From Octopus sinensis (lineage: Eukaryota): DNA of 64,000 nt. The notes beneath the pieces are model-generated. The model ran no database searches. It saw nothing but the letters and a program-made list of their open reading frames with translations, and had not been told where the DNA came from. Each line of letters starts with the position of its first letter. The stretch's first letter is position 1. The stretch is from contig NC_043010.1 of assembly GCF_006345805.1 (NCBI RefSeq), positions 39,308,001 through 39,372,000 of the forward strand, in the 5' to 3' direction. Shown in pieces: positions 39,187-54,859 of the stretch. Made by a program: the position numbers and the translations under genes.

Positions 39187-40450
39187 CAGACATATATATA
39201 TATATATCTATTTGATTTTATCCGTATTATATGTGCATGGGTATGTTTATGTATATACCAATATATGCATACATACACGACTATTAAGTATGGTTGTTCC
39301 TTCACACAAAACAGGGTGGCTGACACCAATGTAGATTTTATTTGATTTAAGTCAGAGGACAGAACTATTCTTGCAAGCACACGAGAAAGACAAGAAAGAC
39401 AGCAACTGATAAATACCAATGCACCGTTACATTCCCTCGTATATTTGATTTACGCCAAATATTTATGTTTGCGTATGGATGCTTGCTTGCGTCTATATCT
39501 GCATGTACAAATCCATACACAAACACATGCACAACACATAGATGTATGAAGAGAAAAGTAGAAGGAAGAGGAGAAATTGAAAGGTAGAATACTTTAGCGT
39601 ATAGTATTTCAGAATAATCTATTTATACATATTATTCTATTACGCATTCCATCATCCACTCATTCCACTTAAGTTTTCACGTCAATCTGGTTAAAAACTA
39701 TTTACCTATCCGCATACGTTCGATCATTGACATCGATATTTGATAATCTCTGATCCAGTAATTCCATATGGAATATGTATGTTGACAGATCACGTCATTT
39801 ATCATTAGCGAGGTTTTTCTTCGGGCCAATTAAGTGATATCACATATACATCAAGCGATTACGATATGCCAATAAAAATTTGTCTTCCGTTTATAAAATG
39901 AAAAACAAGAAACAAAAAAAACACAAAAAAAAAACAAAACATAAAAATGAAACATTGGAAAAATCATCGTATAACTTTCATTCTCTTGAAAGCCTGGTAT
40001 GAAAGATGAAAGCTTAACTAGTTTAGACATTGCACGCTATAATATACACAGGCAATTGATCCTTCGTAGTAATATCTTGCTAGAAGAGACCAGCTCTCAT
40101 AATTAAAAGCGGATTGGTTTATACATGCAGGTACACACACACACACACACTCTCTCTCTCTCTCCTCTCACACACACACAATGTACACACACACACACTC
40201 CCACCCACACAGCACACTCAGAAGTACAGAAACATCTCTATACACTCACTCATACGTCCACAGAGCCACGCACTTTACAAATATGTATGCATGTCTGTTT
40301 ATATAGATTTTTACATGTTTGCGTGATCAACATATTTATGTAGACATGTATATATATATACATAATATATATATATAAATGAATACACACACATATATAT
40401 ATATACAAACATACAAACATACATACATACACACGTACATATAATATATA

Positions 40451-40481
<31 letters not shown>

Positions 40482-40482
40482 G

Positions 40483-40516
<34 letters not shown>

Positions 40517-40622
40517 GTAATACATTGAAATAGCTATTTTAATATGAGTCACTTGTGTAAACCAAATTCTTATTCCTCCGCGGAGGCTAATCGCAATATC
40601 AGTGAACATAGTGTCACTATCA

Positions 40623-40685
<63 letters not shown>

Positions 40686-40789
40686 ATGTCACACCCGTAT
40701 GTGTGTTGCTTAGATACCTGAAGTTGCAGTTTGTCGCATCGGTGAAAGCCCTTTAACATCGTTAAATGTTGCGTTGAATTTTGCTGAAG

Positions 40790-41200
40790 TCTTATAATAT
40801 ATTTGCCTTAATCGTCATGTTACAAATAAAAGTACCCTAACATTCAAAGTAAGTCGTTGCACCACCTGAAACCACTTTTCTTCCAGTTCTTCGATCCCAC
40901 GTTGATAACAACTCTTGTCCTTTAAGGAAGGTTCCGCTTCCCTTTCGGTGATGAAGCGTCAAAGCATGAATTTGGGCACATAATAATCTGAGGGAGCTAG
41001 GTCCGAACTTTCTGCTGGGTGCGGCAAAAGTTAGGATCACTCGAGTTTCAAAACATTTTTTCGAGTGGTTCGAGCGGTGTGAGGTTTTGCATTGCTGCAA
41101 GAGATCTCGTTTTCTCTTAGTCAGAAGATGTCACCTCAGATTGTACAACATGATGGTATCTACCTTGAATGCTAGCTAGACAGATTTGAATGTGCCGTGA
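40790..41200 (-). mobile_element. Mariner transposase C-terminal remnant
   Basis: Minus strand AKPHTARTTRK...LPHPAESSDLAPSDY...YQRGIEELEEKW...YFEC*. Confidence 0.8.
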
Positions 41201-41262
41201 CGAATAAAGCAAGTTAACAAAATATTGAAAATCTTTTGACACAATCCAGTATCATAGAGATA

Positions 41263-41687
41263 GGCGCAGGAGTGGCTATGTGGTAAGTAGCTTGCTTACC
41301 AACCACATGATTCCGGGTTAAGTCCCACAGCGTGGCACCTTGGGCAAGTGTCTTCTACTATAGCCTTGGGCCGACCAAAGCCTTGTGAGGGGATTTGGTA
41401 GACGGAAACTGAAAGAAGCCCGTCGTATATATGTATATATATACATATGTGTGTGCGTGTGTGTTTGTGTATCTGTGTTTGTCCGCCCAACATCGATTGA
41501 CAACCGTTGCTGATGTGTGTTTACGTCCCAGTAACTTAGCAGTTCTGCAAAAGAGAACGATATAGACTATGTACTAGGCTTACAACAAATAAATCCTGGG
41601 GTCGATCTGCTCGACTAAAAGGCGGTGCTCCGGCATGACCGCAGTGAAATGACTGAAACAAGTATAAGAGTAAAAGAGTAAAAGAAT
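41263..41687 (+). mobile_element. SINE family A, full length
   Basis: Runs from the ggcgcaggagtggctatgtggtaag head to the (gtaaaaga)n tail. Confidence 0.92.
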
Positions 41688-42347
41688 AATGTATTTCAGA
41701 GCTAGGCGAAACGAAATCGCGCCAGAAGTGATCACAACAGTAACAGATATTTTCCGAGTATTAAGTTATTTCAACTGATCAATATCGCTTACTCATATCA
41801 CTTCGGAGAAAAAATCGAAATCGCTTATCTGAAGTATATTCAGACAGTATACGATATATATTAAGATTTGCAATGGCATCGCAAATTCAGAAGAAATTTG
41901 AATTATATAATAGAAGCAGTTTTGTAATTAAAACATCACGACTTTTGTACATTTAACATATGTGTGCTGCTTAAACGTCAGGAGATACGGTCGCATATCG
42001 TGACTATCCCTGCGGTGAATATATTTCCTTTCTCCTGGCTCTACAAGTGGCGATGCAGTTGTATTAGAAAGTTAGGATGGAGGGAAGTGTTGGCTGTGTA
42101 GATACAAGCATAAGATGTTGCTTTCCCTGGCGGTTGACATAAATACTGAGGAAATGTATGTGCTAGTGCAGTGTATGTGGGCGTATTGAGTTCACCCGTG
42201 TAGGAGTATAGTAGTTTGTTATTTTAATGTGAAGGAGGCATTGTCATGTGTGAGGTGATTGCGAGTGAGGGGAGAATGATGGTAGTAAATAATAAGGGAT
42301 ATCAAGGAGCACTGAGGAAAAATTCTGTGTGTGAATGTATGTGTATG

Positions 42348-42390
<43 letters not shown>

Positions 42391-42554
42391 CTTGCAATGA
42401 AAGCTGGGTTGTTTCTGTTTTAATTTTTCATACACCCTTTTTTATTAAAATTTACTTTCAATTTAGCATTCCGCCTTATTATTTTTTTCCTCTCCTATCA
42501 TTTCTCCAAGTGCGGTTAACACAAGCCCACTATTTACTGACTTATATATATATA

Positions 42555-42911
42555 GGTGTAGGAGTGGATGTGTGGTAAGTAGCTTGCTTACGAACCACAT
42601 GTTGGCACCTTGGGCAAGTGCCTTCTACTATAGCCTCGGACCGACCAAAGCCTTGTGAGTGGATTTGGTAGACGGAAACTGAGAGAAGCCCATCGTATAT
42701 ATGTTTCTGTATCTGTGTTTGCCCCGCCAACATCACTTGACAACAGTTGCTGGTGTGTTTACGTACCGCAACTTAGCAGTTCGGCAAAAGAGACCGATAG
42801 AATAAGTACTAGGCTTACAAAGAATAAGTCCTGGAGTCGATTAAAAAGGCGGTGCTCCAGCATGGCCACAGTCAAGTGACTGAAACAAATAAAAGACCAA
42901 AGACTAAAGAG

Positions 42912-42912
<1 letters not shown>
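42555..42912 (+). mobile_element. SINE family A with the B-box region deleted
   Basis: Matches the consensus but lacks the gttccgggttcagtcccactgcg segment. Confidence 0.88.
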
Positions 42913-42955
<43 letters not shown>

Positions 42956-43342
42956 CATACACGTGTGTATAGGCTTATGTATATATACGCGTGACATTCC
43001 AAACAGATGGCTATGATCCATATGATAATTGCGTCAGCAACACGTTAAGACATCTATCACCACACAAGATATGGCGTGGGTAAACGGAACCGTCTTAAAG
43101 AAAATTACGTATATAGTTTTTGAATAAATGCATATGCATACATTACAAACACAACACACACGCACAAATGCCCGCATACGCATATACATGTTTCTTGAAA
43201 CTTTCACTCAGTTCCGCATGACTTAACGTTTCGTGGGTGAACTGGACACATCCATTTGATGTGATGTTTGGAGACGAGCCATATACATTCACCAAACTGC
43301 TGTATGGTTCTTTATTTTGTGGTTGTTCATTCATTCGAACAT

Positions 43343-43464
43343 ATGTATGTATGTATGTATGTATGTATATATGCATATATATATATATACATATACATAC
43401 ATATATCCGTATGTATATATCTATATATATATATTTGTACATACATACATACATTCATACATAC

Positions 43465-43499
<35 letters not shown>

Positions 43500-43585
43500 C
43501 ATACATATATACATACATACATACATGCATACATGCATACATACATACATACATACATACATACATACATACATACATACATACA

Positions 43586-43617
<32 letters not shown>
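43343..43617. repeat. (TATG)n/(TACA)n microsatellite
   Basis: Seen directly. Confidence 0.95.
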
Positions 43618-43618
<1 letters not shown>

Positions 43619-44391
43619 TGATCCGACTTAGAGAAACGTTATCTTCTGATGACAAGTAACGCGTACCATTTTATTATTTTATGCATTTCAAACACACCGA
43701 AATTCTCATTTCTAATTTTATAGTTAATGGCCTTAAGATTGTTTCTCCATTTATTTCGACTTTTACATGCAAAATATTAACGGGAAATTTAAATTTAAAC
43801 TCTGTGACTAATACGTGTGAGTATGCTGTCTATAACGTTTTGTATTAAGCAGATTTTGCCGGAAGCTACAACTAGCATGTTGACTTGCCTCTTGTACACC
43901 GATACTTGATCGAATCTCAAATATTAAGTTTTGATGTTAAAATATTTCTAATTTCAATTTCTATTGTCATTTTTATCAATTTATCAATTCCGAAATATTT
44001 CTTTTTTTTTTAAGATTTTTAATTTAGCACAATCGATTCTCTATTATATACATTAAAACTTGTATCATTGAGCCAAGTTCCCATGTGCCGTGTGTTCAAA
44101 TATCAACAGCCGGCTGCTTTTTAATTAACCACTTCAGGTGATTTAATCTATTTTTCTGTCCCCCGAAAATTATCAGTGAATTACAAAATATATATACATA
44201 TACATACACATCTGTGATTTGAGTGTGTTTCTGTGTGCGCGCGCGAACGTATGTGGCATATTTCAGAATATATCTCATGGATGCGCTGTGCTGCAGCGTT
44301 AGCGTGTTTCGGAAGTCTCAAGTGGTTACAAGGCTTTCAAATTCAGACTCCATTCTTCAGTTACCCAGCTGTAGTTACATATTATATATAT

Positions 44392-44425
<34 letters not shown>

Positions 44426-44462
44426 ATATATATATCTATATATATATATATATATATACATA

Positions 44463-44670
44463 TATGAAGAATGGGAATGTTCCTTGTGTTGTATGTCTGT
44501 ACTCTGTTTTTTCGTTGTTAAAAAAAGTCCGTTTCCCTGTTTTGCTTTTTGTTTTCGTTTCTCGTGTTCTACGTCTTTTTGTGGTGTCATGTACACATAT
44601 ATGCATGTATATATACATATAGATGTAGGTATGTACATATATGTATGCATGTATGCATATGTTTTATTTA
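44463..44670 (+). mobile_element. Interspersed repeat next to (TA)n, possibly PLE pLTR-derived; other copies at 54370-54596 (-) and 61715-61875 (-)
   Basis: Three mutually similar copies in the window; two directly abut (TA)n. Confidence 0.55.
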
Positions 44671-45019
44671 TTAAATTGTTATTATATATATACAGAGAAA
44701 GAGAGAGGAGGAGAGAGTGTGTGTCTTTAATGTTCCAGGGGTGAATTATTCAAACCCGAAAGAATTCCACAATACATGGCTATGATGCTCCCCCACTTTC
44801 TACTCGTGATCAGAGATACACTTATCATCAACTATCAAGAGACATACTCAACTGGTTAATGTCAAAGATCTGACAACCAAATTCGTAGTGCTGAGCAGAA
44901 TATTTGCTATAACCCAACTTTTATATCAAGACAAAACAATCAGTTACAGATCAGAAGCCATGAGAGCCACTGCCTGGTGCTGCATCAGCGCATAGCCACT
45001 GCTTTGCTACTGCATCATG

Positions 45020-45760
45020 GCGGCTCGCAGTGACTTGGGTATGTGCTGTGATTTGTTTTCACTGTGGTCTTATTTTCACTGTATTGAACGTGCTTTACGT
45101 AGGATGTGCGCGATGCCTAGTGTTGTTATTTTCTGTATGTTACATACATTCCTAAGACCTGGTCTTTAAGTTATGTATTTGTCTCTAAGCTTTTTAATCA
45201 TACCTAATACACCTATTGTTATAGAGATTGCTCCACATTCGGGTTACCTCTACTACCAGTATTTTGAATTTTCTCTGTTACATTTAGAGATACATTGTCA
45301 TCTTTTAGTATCCACAAATCGATTTGAAAGCATTTTTTTTAGTGATCTCTGATAACTATATCCGGCGTGTTGGCCTTGATTTCTCTATCTGTATTTATTG
45401 GCATATCGCAGAGTATAGTTGCTTTTCCATTATCTGAATCTTTTGCTGGGATGTGCCTATACCATCTTTTTTCTTTTGTTATTCCATAGTGTAGGCATAG
45501 CTTCCAGTGTATATAGGTCAGATGTAGACATATTCCTTCTTATTCAACACTGGGCAACCAGAGACAATATGATTTATTTTTCCTTCCCCATCATCACATA
45601 TTCTGTTGTTACTTGTATTAATCTTCGTTATATGATTATAGTGATTTCTAGTGGAAAGCCTTTGATCTTGTGCTGCAATCAAAAATCCTTCAGACACTGC
45701 TCTGAGTCCTGAGCTTCTCAGCCATTGTTGAGACTTTAGTTTATCTATTCTGTTCTCTTC
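45020..45760 (-). mobile_element. R4/Dong-clade non-LTR retrotransposon fragment (Zn knuckle, RLE and 3' UTR)
   Basis: Minus strand HIVSGCPVLNKKEY..IHWKLCLHYGITKEKRWYRH.. and ILCDMPINTDREIKANTPDIVIRDH..CFQID (PD..D restriction-like endonuclease). Confidence 0.8.
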
Positions 45761-45763
45761 AGT

Positions 45764-45885
<122 letters not shown>

Positions 45886-45904
45886 TAATAATAATGATAA
45901 TAAT

Positions 45905-46205
45905 AAAGATCTGGAAATAGCGGTAACTCGAATGTGGAGTCCAAAAAGAGAAACAATTCCTATCATAGTGGGCGCATTAGGTATGATAAAAGAATATTCA
46001 GACAAATACATAACAAGAAAACCAGGACCAACAAGCATATGTAACATACAGAAAATAGGACTCTAAGCACTGCACGCATCCCACATAAAACAGTTTCAAT
46101 ACAGAAACAATAAGAGCATCACAACAAACTACAGCATACACCCAGGGCATACAGAGCTGCGCTCGTTAATGCAGTGAAAGCACGTCATAGAAATAAGACT
46201 ACTGA
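45905..46205 (+). mobile_element. R4/Dong-clade 3' end inserted in (TAA)n
   Basis: KDLEIAVTRMWSPKRETIPIIVGALGMIKEYSDKYI...IQKIGL*-TARI; (TAA)n on both sides (45766-45905 and 46206-46518). Confidence 0.85.
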
Positions 46206-46272
46206 ATAATAATAATAATATTGATGATGATAATAACAATAATATAATAATACTAATAATAATAATAACAAC

Positions 46273-46312
<40 letters not shown>

Positions 46313-46365
46313 TATTGATGATGATAATAACATTATAATAATAATAATAATAATAATATAACAAC

Positions 46366-46402
<37 letters not shown>

Positions 46403-46466
46403 TAATAATAATAATAATAATATAATAATTAGTAGTAAAATAATAATAATAATAATGATAATAATA

Positions 46467-46518
<52 letters not shown>

Positions 46519-49500
46519 CCTTTTCCTATAGGAACAATGCTGAAATTTTAGGGTAGGGGACTAGTCAATTATTATTATTATTATTATTATTATTTCTATT
46601 ATTATTATTATTTGTAGTTCCTTCACACCGGGTGCACTAGAAAGAAACTAACCACCACAAGCAGCTGCAAAAGTTCTGAAGAATTACCGAGAGCATTGGT
46701 AGCTCATACTTGCGTGTTGGTTACCAATAGTTTATTGATGTGTGCTTCAACCGTGGTAGAACTTCTAACATACCGATGATACTCTCGCTTCTATCGCTAC
46801 AATTTTAGAATGGCATTTAAAAAGAACACAAGAGTTAGAGGACATAAATACAAAATGAATAATAGAAAAATGATAGTGGAACGAATTTGAAATGAATGAA
46901 TTACGTTTGTTCTTCACTAAAAATCTATATCTTTTCATTTTTTTTCCTAGGGAACCGGAACAAATTTGCTGAAAATTGAATTATTTACTGGAAAAAACAT
47001 TATTCTCTTTACGTGATTATCTCCGTATTTTCCCATCAAATTATTTGCTAATATTATATATTCTAATAGTGAAATCAAACAAAAGTAATTATATTGCATA
47101 TGGGTAATGTATTAATATCGTAAAAAATAATAAATTCGGAAAACAATACAAAACCAAATGAAAAGAATTGACGGGAAATTATATAACCACTTTGAAGTTT
47201 TGTGGCTTCGTGCTTCCATAACTTTATCAAAGTATTTAGTAGAGTTTGAAATTTGTTTAAATATTTTGAATCGAAATCTATTAACATATTGTGGCACATG
47301 CGATACAAATATATCCTTTTGACTTCTGTTATCTTTAGAAATTATATACACCCTGTAATTAGTAGCAAATGCTCCCTTTGTTTCGGGTAGCCTTTCAAGA
47401 TGATAAGTTCCTTGAGTTTACAACTTCGACATTAATATCCTACGAAGTATGCAACAAGATCAAAATGAGTCGAATTTCAAATCTCTCATGAACGATCAGA
47501 CGTAAAATAAACAATTTATGTGTGTATATATACACCTATATATTCACATATACATATATATATATATATGCTTGTATGTATGTAAACATGTATATATATA
47601 TATATGCTTGTATGTATGTAAACATGTATGTATGCCATCATGCATACATGCATGTATGCATGATATACGCATATAAATATATAGGTATAAAGTATAATAA
47701 CTATACATACATATGTGTTGCACGCACACACAGGGACGTAAATGACATTTCAAGACGACGCCATATTTTACACACTGGACAAGGCGAAAGCTTTGTCTTC
47801 GTATGGGCTACTGAATAATGTATATTCAATATTTTCTCTTAATTCATATAATACTTGTTGTCTTCGCTAACAATTTTCCGTAAAATAATTGAAGAAATTC
47901 CCTGTGAACTTATTCTTACTTTCATAAATTTATGCTGCTACAAACAAAGGTAATATTAAAATATGTATTATATGCACTGAATACTGAATATATGCTATAC
48001 GTTTGATAAAAGTTCCTTATAAAGAGAAGTTAGATATTCATCATGCGAATGTAGATTTGTAAAAATGCGCACACACATGCACACATACACACACACATTT
48101 ACACGCACATACACATACACACATATATATATACTTATGGTGTGTGTGTGACTGTTCGCGCGTATGTACATATATCAAATATATGTATATATATATAAAT
48201 TTATTTTTTTTTGATATATGGATATATGTTTATTATATAAATATTATATATGTATTTGCATGCTATATACACATATATGTGTACATACATGAATCACATA
48301 CATATGTATATATTTATATTCACATCCATATACATACACACGCACATACACACACGCACACACACACACACACACATGTAAATTCCGATTAGAAGCGCTA
48401 TGTATTGATGGTTCATAAGTAGGAACTGGTTATCAGTTCAAATATACTTTGGGGATATTCGAACCCGCAAGGAAACCATTTATTCTATTTCGTCATGGAG
48501 AGTATTTTTCGCTGTAGAGAAAGAGGCGTAAACTCACCAAATCAGTTCGAAGCTCTCTCTAACCGGAGTTTCCAGTGAATGAATATTGGATTAATTATCT
48601 CCTCTTCGACATCATATACCGAAAAGATAGGGGTGCTTACGACGAGATAGATTGATATCTGTTTTATATACCCGTCACTCTCTCTCTCTCTCACACACAC
48701 GCATACACCCATACGCACACATACACTCACAAACACACACACAATAGTACATGCACACACAAGCACATGCTCACACCACACACACACACATGCAGACTCA
48801 CAAATATATGTAAGAGTAAATATGCGTTGAAAAGCATACCAATATGGAAACAGTTAGTTCAAAAAGTATTAAGAATTTACCAAAACGTGGCATGTGGCTA
48901 GAATTTTATCGCATAGAATTTAAATAAATATATTTCCAATATGTCTTTACCTACTAGACGGATTTGAAACTTGAATGTAGATATTTGCTGCAAAGTATTT
49001 TCGACCGTTACTGTATGTTGTATATCACTGCAAGACATCTATTGAAAGAACACTGATAAGGACATCTAGTTTGTTTTCATAGACAGATTCCATTTCAATT
49101 TGCAGCTAGGATGAACTCAAAGAATTTCAAATGTAACAAGAAAAGGTATTCTTGATTATAAATTTGTATTACAAACTTGTAAAACATAATAGTGTTTTAG
49201 TTGCATGTAATTCTTGAAATTAGCCATTTATTATCTCTGTCAAACGTCTCCTTGCAATTCATATACACGAAACTAACAGCAGATGACATGTGTAAGTAGT
49301 TTTCTTCATTCACAATCTTGTGATTTAGACAAAGATATAATTTTCCTATTATAATGTTTCTATTTGATTAATCTGTCATTTAGGTATACACATGCATAAA
49401 ATATGCGTGTATCTATATATGCAAGAAGTATCTATACTAGCATATATATGTATTTACCTCTATGTATCTGTGTGCGATATCAATATTAAGTCGCAAAAAC

Positions 49501-50171
49501 TCCCCATATTAAATATTAAAGAATATTAATATTAAAGAATGGGAAATGAAAAATGGAAGAGGTTGAGTTACCAAAGGCGGTACAGAAAGAAGGGAACAGA
49601 AAGTTGGTGAGCAAACAAGATTGATAGGGATGGGAGAGGCAGGTGAGGGAGAAAGGGAGACTAACAGGTGTTGGGGAAATGGTTTGAATGAAAGGAGAGT
49701 AATGGCATAGTAAAAATATTTGACAGAACATTGTGATTAAAACTCACCTTTAATATTGTGAGTGTAACGTTATGATGGCTAACGACAATGATATTAAAAT
49801 TCGAGCTGCCTTTCCGGAGGAAATATTCAAGTGTGCAAGAAGCTAGTATGAGGAGCACTTGGCGAGTTAATATCCAGAATAAGGACACGGCATAACAAAC
49901 GTATTTCACTTGAAACCAAAATAGTCATATGATAAGAACTATTGTACTTTCAGTAAATATAAAACAAACACGCAAAAGTCTAGTAGTGGTAGTAGTGGAC
50001 TCTTTTCTCAGAACCAATAATATAAGGGAGCGCCAACCGACTATCACCTGGTGTCCAGCGAGGGAAGGAGGGACGCAAACACAAACACATGCACAGAAAT
50101 ACGCACAGGCACAGAAATACACATACGCACACGTACGCACACGTGTATATCAACATATAACATATATGTGC

Positions 50172-50440
<269 letters not shown>

Positions 50441-50540
50441 AAAATAAATTGATAGAAACGTACGTATATATAGAGGCATATATAGATGCGTACATATATG
50501 TACAGGCATATACACATATGCATTTATAAAAATATATGTA

Positions 50541-50578
<38 letters not shown>

Positions 50579-50846
50579 CAAGTATATAGGTGTGTGTGTG
50601 TGCATTTATACACACACGGACACACGAACGTACATGCAGGTACTTCATAGCATTTCTCTCACCCCTACCTTACAATGTTTAATATGAATATACTGAAGTG
50701 ATTACTCGACCGCGAGCAATAAGTTGGAAAAATTTGCCCAACATATGAACGCCGGACTTAACACAGAGTTCTGAGTATTTAATAACATAATGTTTTCTAT
50801 GTGTTTATATATATATATATGTGTGTATGTGTATGTGTGTGTAAGT

Positions 50847-50892
<46 letters not shown>

Positions 50893-51139
50893 AAGAGGGC
50901 ACTTCATGAGTACCTGCATCGCTAAAAGTAGAAGTCAAAAATACTTCTGTGCCACTGTGTGTGTGTTTAGAATAGGTTTCTTTCAGTGTCCGTCGACGCT
51001 ATTACCTCACTAATCTTGCATTGGCTCGGGGGTATAGAAAAACACAGTTTCCTAATTTGCCTGGAAGGGATATATACGACTGTTGCGAAGTTTAGACGAC
51101 TCCTTTCAAAGGAGTCGTAAATATCTTCAAACACCCGTT

Positions 51140-51307
51140 GGTGTGGATGTTTGGTAAGTAGTTTGTTTACCAACCACATGGTTCCGGATTCAGTCCCATT
51201 GCGTGGCACCTTAGGCAAGTGTCTTTTACTTTAGCCTCGGGCGACAAAAGCCTCGTGAGTGGATTTGGTAGACGGAAACTGAAAGAAGCCCGTCGTATAT
51301 ATGTATG

Positions 51308-51388
<81 letters not shown>

Positions 51389-51615
51389 GTGTGTGTGTGT
51401 GTGTGTGTGTACATATATTTGTGTGTCTGTGTTTGTCCCCTCAAAATCGTTTGACAACCGATGCTGGTGTGTTTACGTCGCCGTAAGTTAGCGGTTCGGC
51501 AAAAGAGACCGATACAATAAGTAATAGGCTTATACATTATAAGTCCTGGGGTCGATTTGCTCCACAAAAGGTGGTGCTCCAGCATGGCTACAGTAAAATT
51601 ACTGAAACAAAGAGT
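51140..51615 (+). mobile_element. SINE family A
   Basis: Matches the consensus; long internal (TA)n(TG)n. Confidence 0.9.
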
Positions 51616-52034
51616 AGACCCATACTTATCTGGTATTTACGTTAATCGAATTCAGGGATGGGACAAATTGCATAATCGACCTCGGTGTCATTTGAACTCG
51701 GAATTTGAAAAGCTGGTGCAAAAACCATAAGAAACATTTCAGCTGCTCAAATGATTCAGCCAGATTTTTATTGTATAATGGATGATGAAAATTAATAGTA
51801 TGCTGCATGTAAGATATTTATGGAATTTTTCAGTGTCTGAAAACATGTTTATTGTTTACCAAATATTAATATATTTGAAGAAACTTCTGGCGGCTTTGAA
51901 AAAAAACATATCAAATCAACTACATAAAAAACTAATATATATATGTGCGTATGTGTGTGAGAGTGTGCGTATTTATAAATGTTGAGTGTTTTGTGTTGTA
52001 GTATGCATGTATAACTTTTTCAATGTTATATACC

Positions 52035-52035
52035 T

Positions 52036-52112
<77 letters not shown>

Positions 52113-52153
52113 ATCTGTGTATTTATCCATCTATCTATTCATCTGCTATCTAC

Positions 52154-52216
<63 letters not shown>

Positions 52217-52701
52217 GAGCGCCTGTGTGTGTATGTGTATATATATATATTATATATATATATATAAGAAATGTTCGTAAACTGCAGCAGGATCTATGAT
52301 AAATATTATGCCACATCTTATTTGTATAGCTACCATTCATAATATAAGATGGAAAAGGTGACAGACAAAATGAAAAGGAGGGAGAGAGAGAGAGAAAGAG
52401 AGAGAGATGGGGAGAGAGAGAGAGAGAAAGCAGGAGTAAGAGAGTATGATGGAGAGAGGAAAAGCGGTCTTGAGGACAGATCGTTGTCAATATTTGTCAG
52501 TAAGTTTGGTGTTGCAGTAGAGACAGAGATATGAGTAAGAAATATTGGAAAGCCAGATTAAGAGAGAGTATGAGTAATCGATAGACAGAGAGGTAGATGG
52601 ATGTAGATAGATTTGTAAACAAATAGACAGGCGCATCTAGCAAGTCATATATTTATGTATACAAATTATATTATATACTATATATTACATATATATATAT
52701 T

Positions 52702-52757
<56 letters not shown>

Positions 52758-52858
52758 GTGTGTGTGGTGTGATACATATATATATACATGTATATATATG
52801 TAAATATATATATAATAATATATATATATGCATATATAAATATATATATATATATATG

Positions 52859-52904
<46 letters not shown>

Positions 52905-53156
52905 GTGTGTGTGTGTGTGTGTATATATGTATTTATATATATATGTTTGCCATAAAGGTACAAACATATTTACTGCAAATATATATATATATATATGTAT
53001 AAATAGATATAGATATATATATAAATATACAATATAAAAATATATACACACATTATATGGGTAGATATATATATAGTATATATATATATATATATATCTA
53101 TATATATACATAAATCATAAATATATAATATTATGTAATATATATATATGTATATA

Positions 53157-53198
<42 letters not shown>

Positions 53199-53220
53199 TA
53201 TAATATGTATATATATGGAT
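52035..53220. repeat. Cluster of (ATCT)n, (TA)n, (GA)n and (TG)n microsatellites
   Basis: Seen directly. Confidence 0.85.
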
Positions 53221-53761
53221 ATGTGTGTGTATACGCACACTCACACAATCACATATTTATACACAGCGGAGACAGTGAGCGAAATGTGTAAGATGTGTCA
53301 TGTACGTCATCGAAAACATTGGAAAACATAAACAAAAACTGCAAAATGCCTTATGGGTAAACACAGACTTCTCTTTAATTTACACTGGATGTTCGTGCTG
53401 TAGATTTTTGCTATTTCCCTTAATCATATCACGACGTACATGTACAACAAAGGACATAAGAAGAAGACGCAGAAATGAAGCTAATTGAATGCACAAAATG
53501 TCTACATGATTGACATGCAAAGCTTAGAATCTTAATTTAATATGCTTTCGTACACGAAAATGTTCGTTGATTTTTCACTTGTTAAATACAATTTTGCATT
53601 CATCTATTTTATTGTATTGACAAAATGAAATAATAAAACACAACCAAGTTATGGAACGACTTTATCAGGAACGAAAAGAACAGGAAAATATAAATAAATG
53701 TAATTTAATTCCATTAAGTATTAACAATTAAGCATATTTGAAGCTAATTGGTTTATCGTTC

Positions 53762-54030
53762 TACTTCTTCTTCTTCTTCTTCTCTTTCTTCTTCTTCTTT
53801 TTCTTCTTCTTCTTCTTCTTCTTCTTCTTCTCTTTCTTCTTCTTTTTCTTCTTCTTCTTCTTCTTCTTCTTCTTCTTCTCTTTCTTCTTCTTCTTCTTCT
53901 TCTTCTCTTCTTTTTCTTCTTCTTCTTCTTCTTCTTCTCCTTCTTCTTTTTCTCCTCCTCCTCCTCCTTCTTCTTCTTCTTCTTCTTCTTCTTCTTCTTC
54001 TTCTCCTCCTCCTCCTTCTTCTTCTTCTTC
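53762..54030. repeat. (TTC)n/(TCC)n microsatellite
   Basis: Seen directly. Confidence 0.95.
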
Positions 54031-54589
54031 GGAATCCTTTACGCATGAAAGAACAGTTAAAGTGCAAACCACTAATTAGGGATACATTCGCGAAGGGAAT
54101 GAAAACTAAAAAAAACATTTACCATCTAATTCCTGGACCATGGTTTCTGACTTATTTTAGTAAATAAAAATTATTATTTACCAGGCAAAGTCGTTATCAA
54201 CAGGGACGCCATAGATTAAATATATAAACAGCGAGGCCAATCGAGCATGTGTCTCATTGCTTGTACATTTTAATTTTTTTCAAATCACTGCGCAATCGCA
54301 GGTTTTTTGTTGGTAGCAGGAAGAATGCCGGCAGAGGAAAAAGATGCCTGGCGTTCGATCACATAATAATATAAATCATATATAAATATAGGCATATATA
54401 CATACATATATGTACATACCTACATATATATGTATATATATACATGCATATATGGGTACAGGACATAAAAAAACGTTGAACACAATGAGAAATGAAAACA
54501 TAAAAACAAAAACATAGAAATGAACTTTTTTCAAACAACGAGAAAGAAATAGGGAAACGCGACACACAACATATAGAATATTCCCCTTA

Positions 54590-54859
54590 TTAGCCTCTAA
54601 CTACAATATTTTAGCCTATAATATAAATATTTTAGGCTATAGTTTAGATACTTTAGCATATAGTTTAGATGCTTTAGCCTATAGTATAAATATTTTAGCC
54701 TATTATTTTGATAATTTAGCCAATAGATTGGATATTTTAGCCTATAGCTCAGAAATTTTATCCTATAGTTTAGAAGATTTAGCCTATAGTAACAATGATT
54801 TAGCTTATAGTTTAGATATTTTATCCTATTTTTAGATGTTTTAAATCTATGGTAAAAAT
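54590..54859. repeat. 21-bp minisatellite, about 13 diverged units
   Basis: Consensus approximately TTAGCCTATAGTTTAGATATT, in tandem with no spacers. Confidence 0.85.

Noticed and set aside
54590-54859. CRISPR-like array
   Set aside because: The units are contiguous with no unique spacers, there are no cas genes, and the context is eukaryotic.
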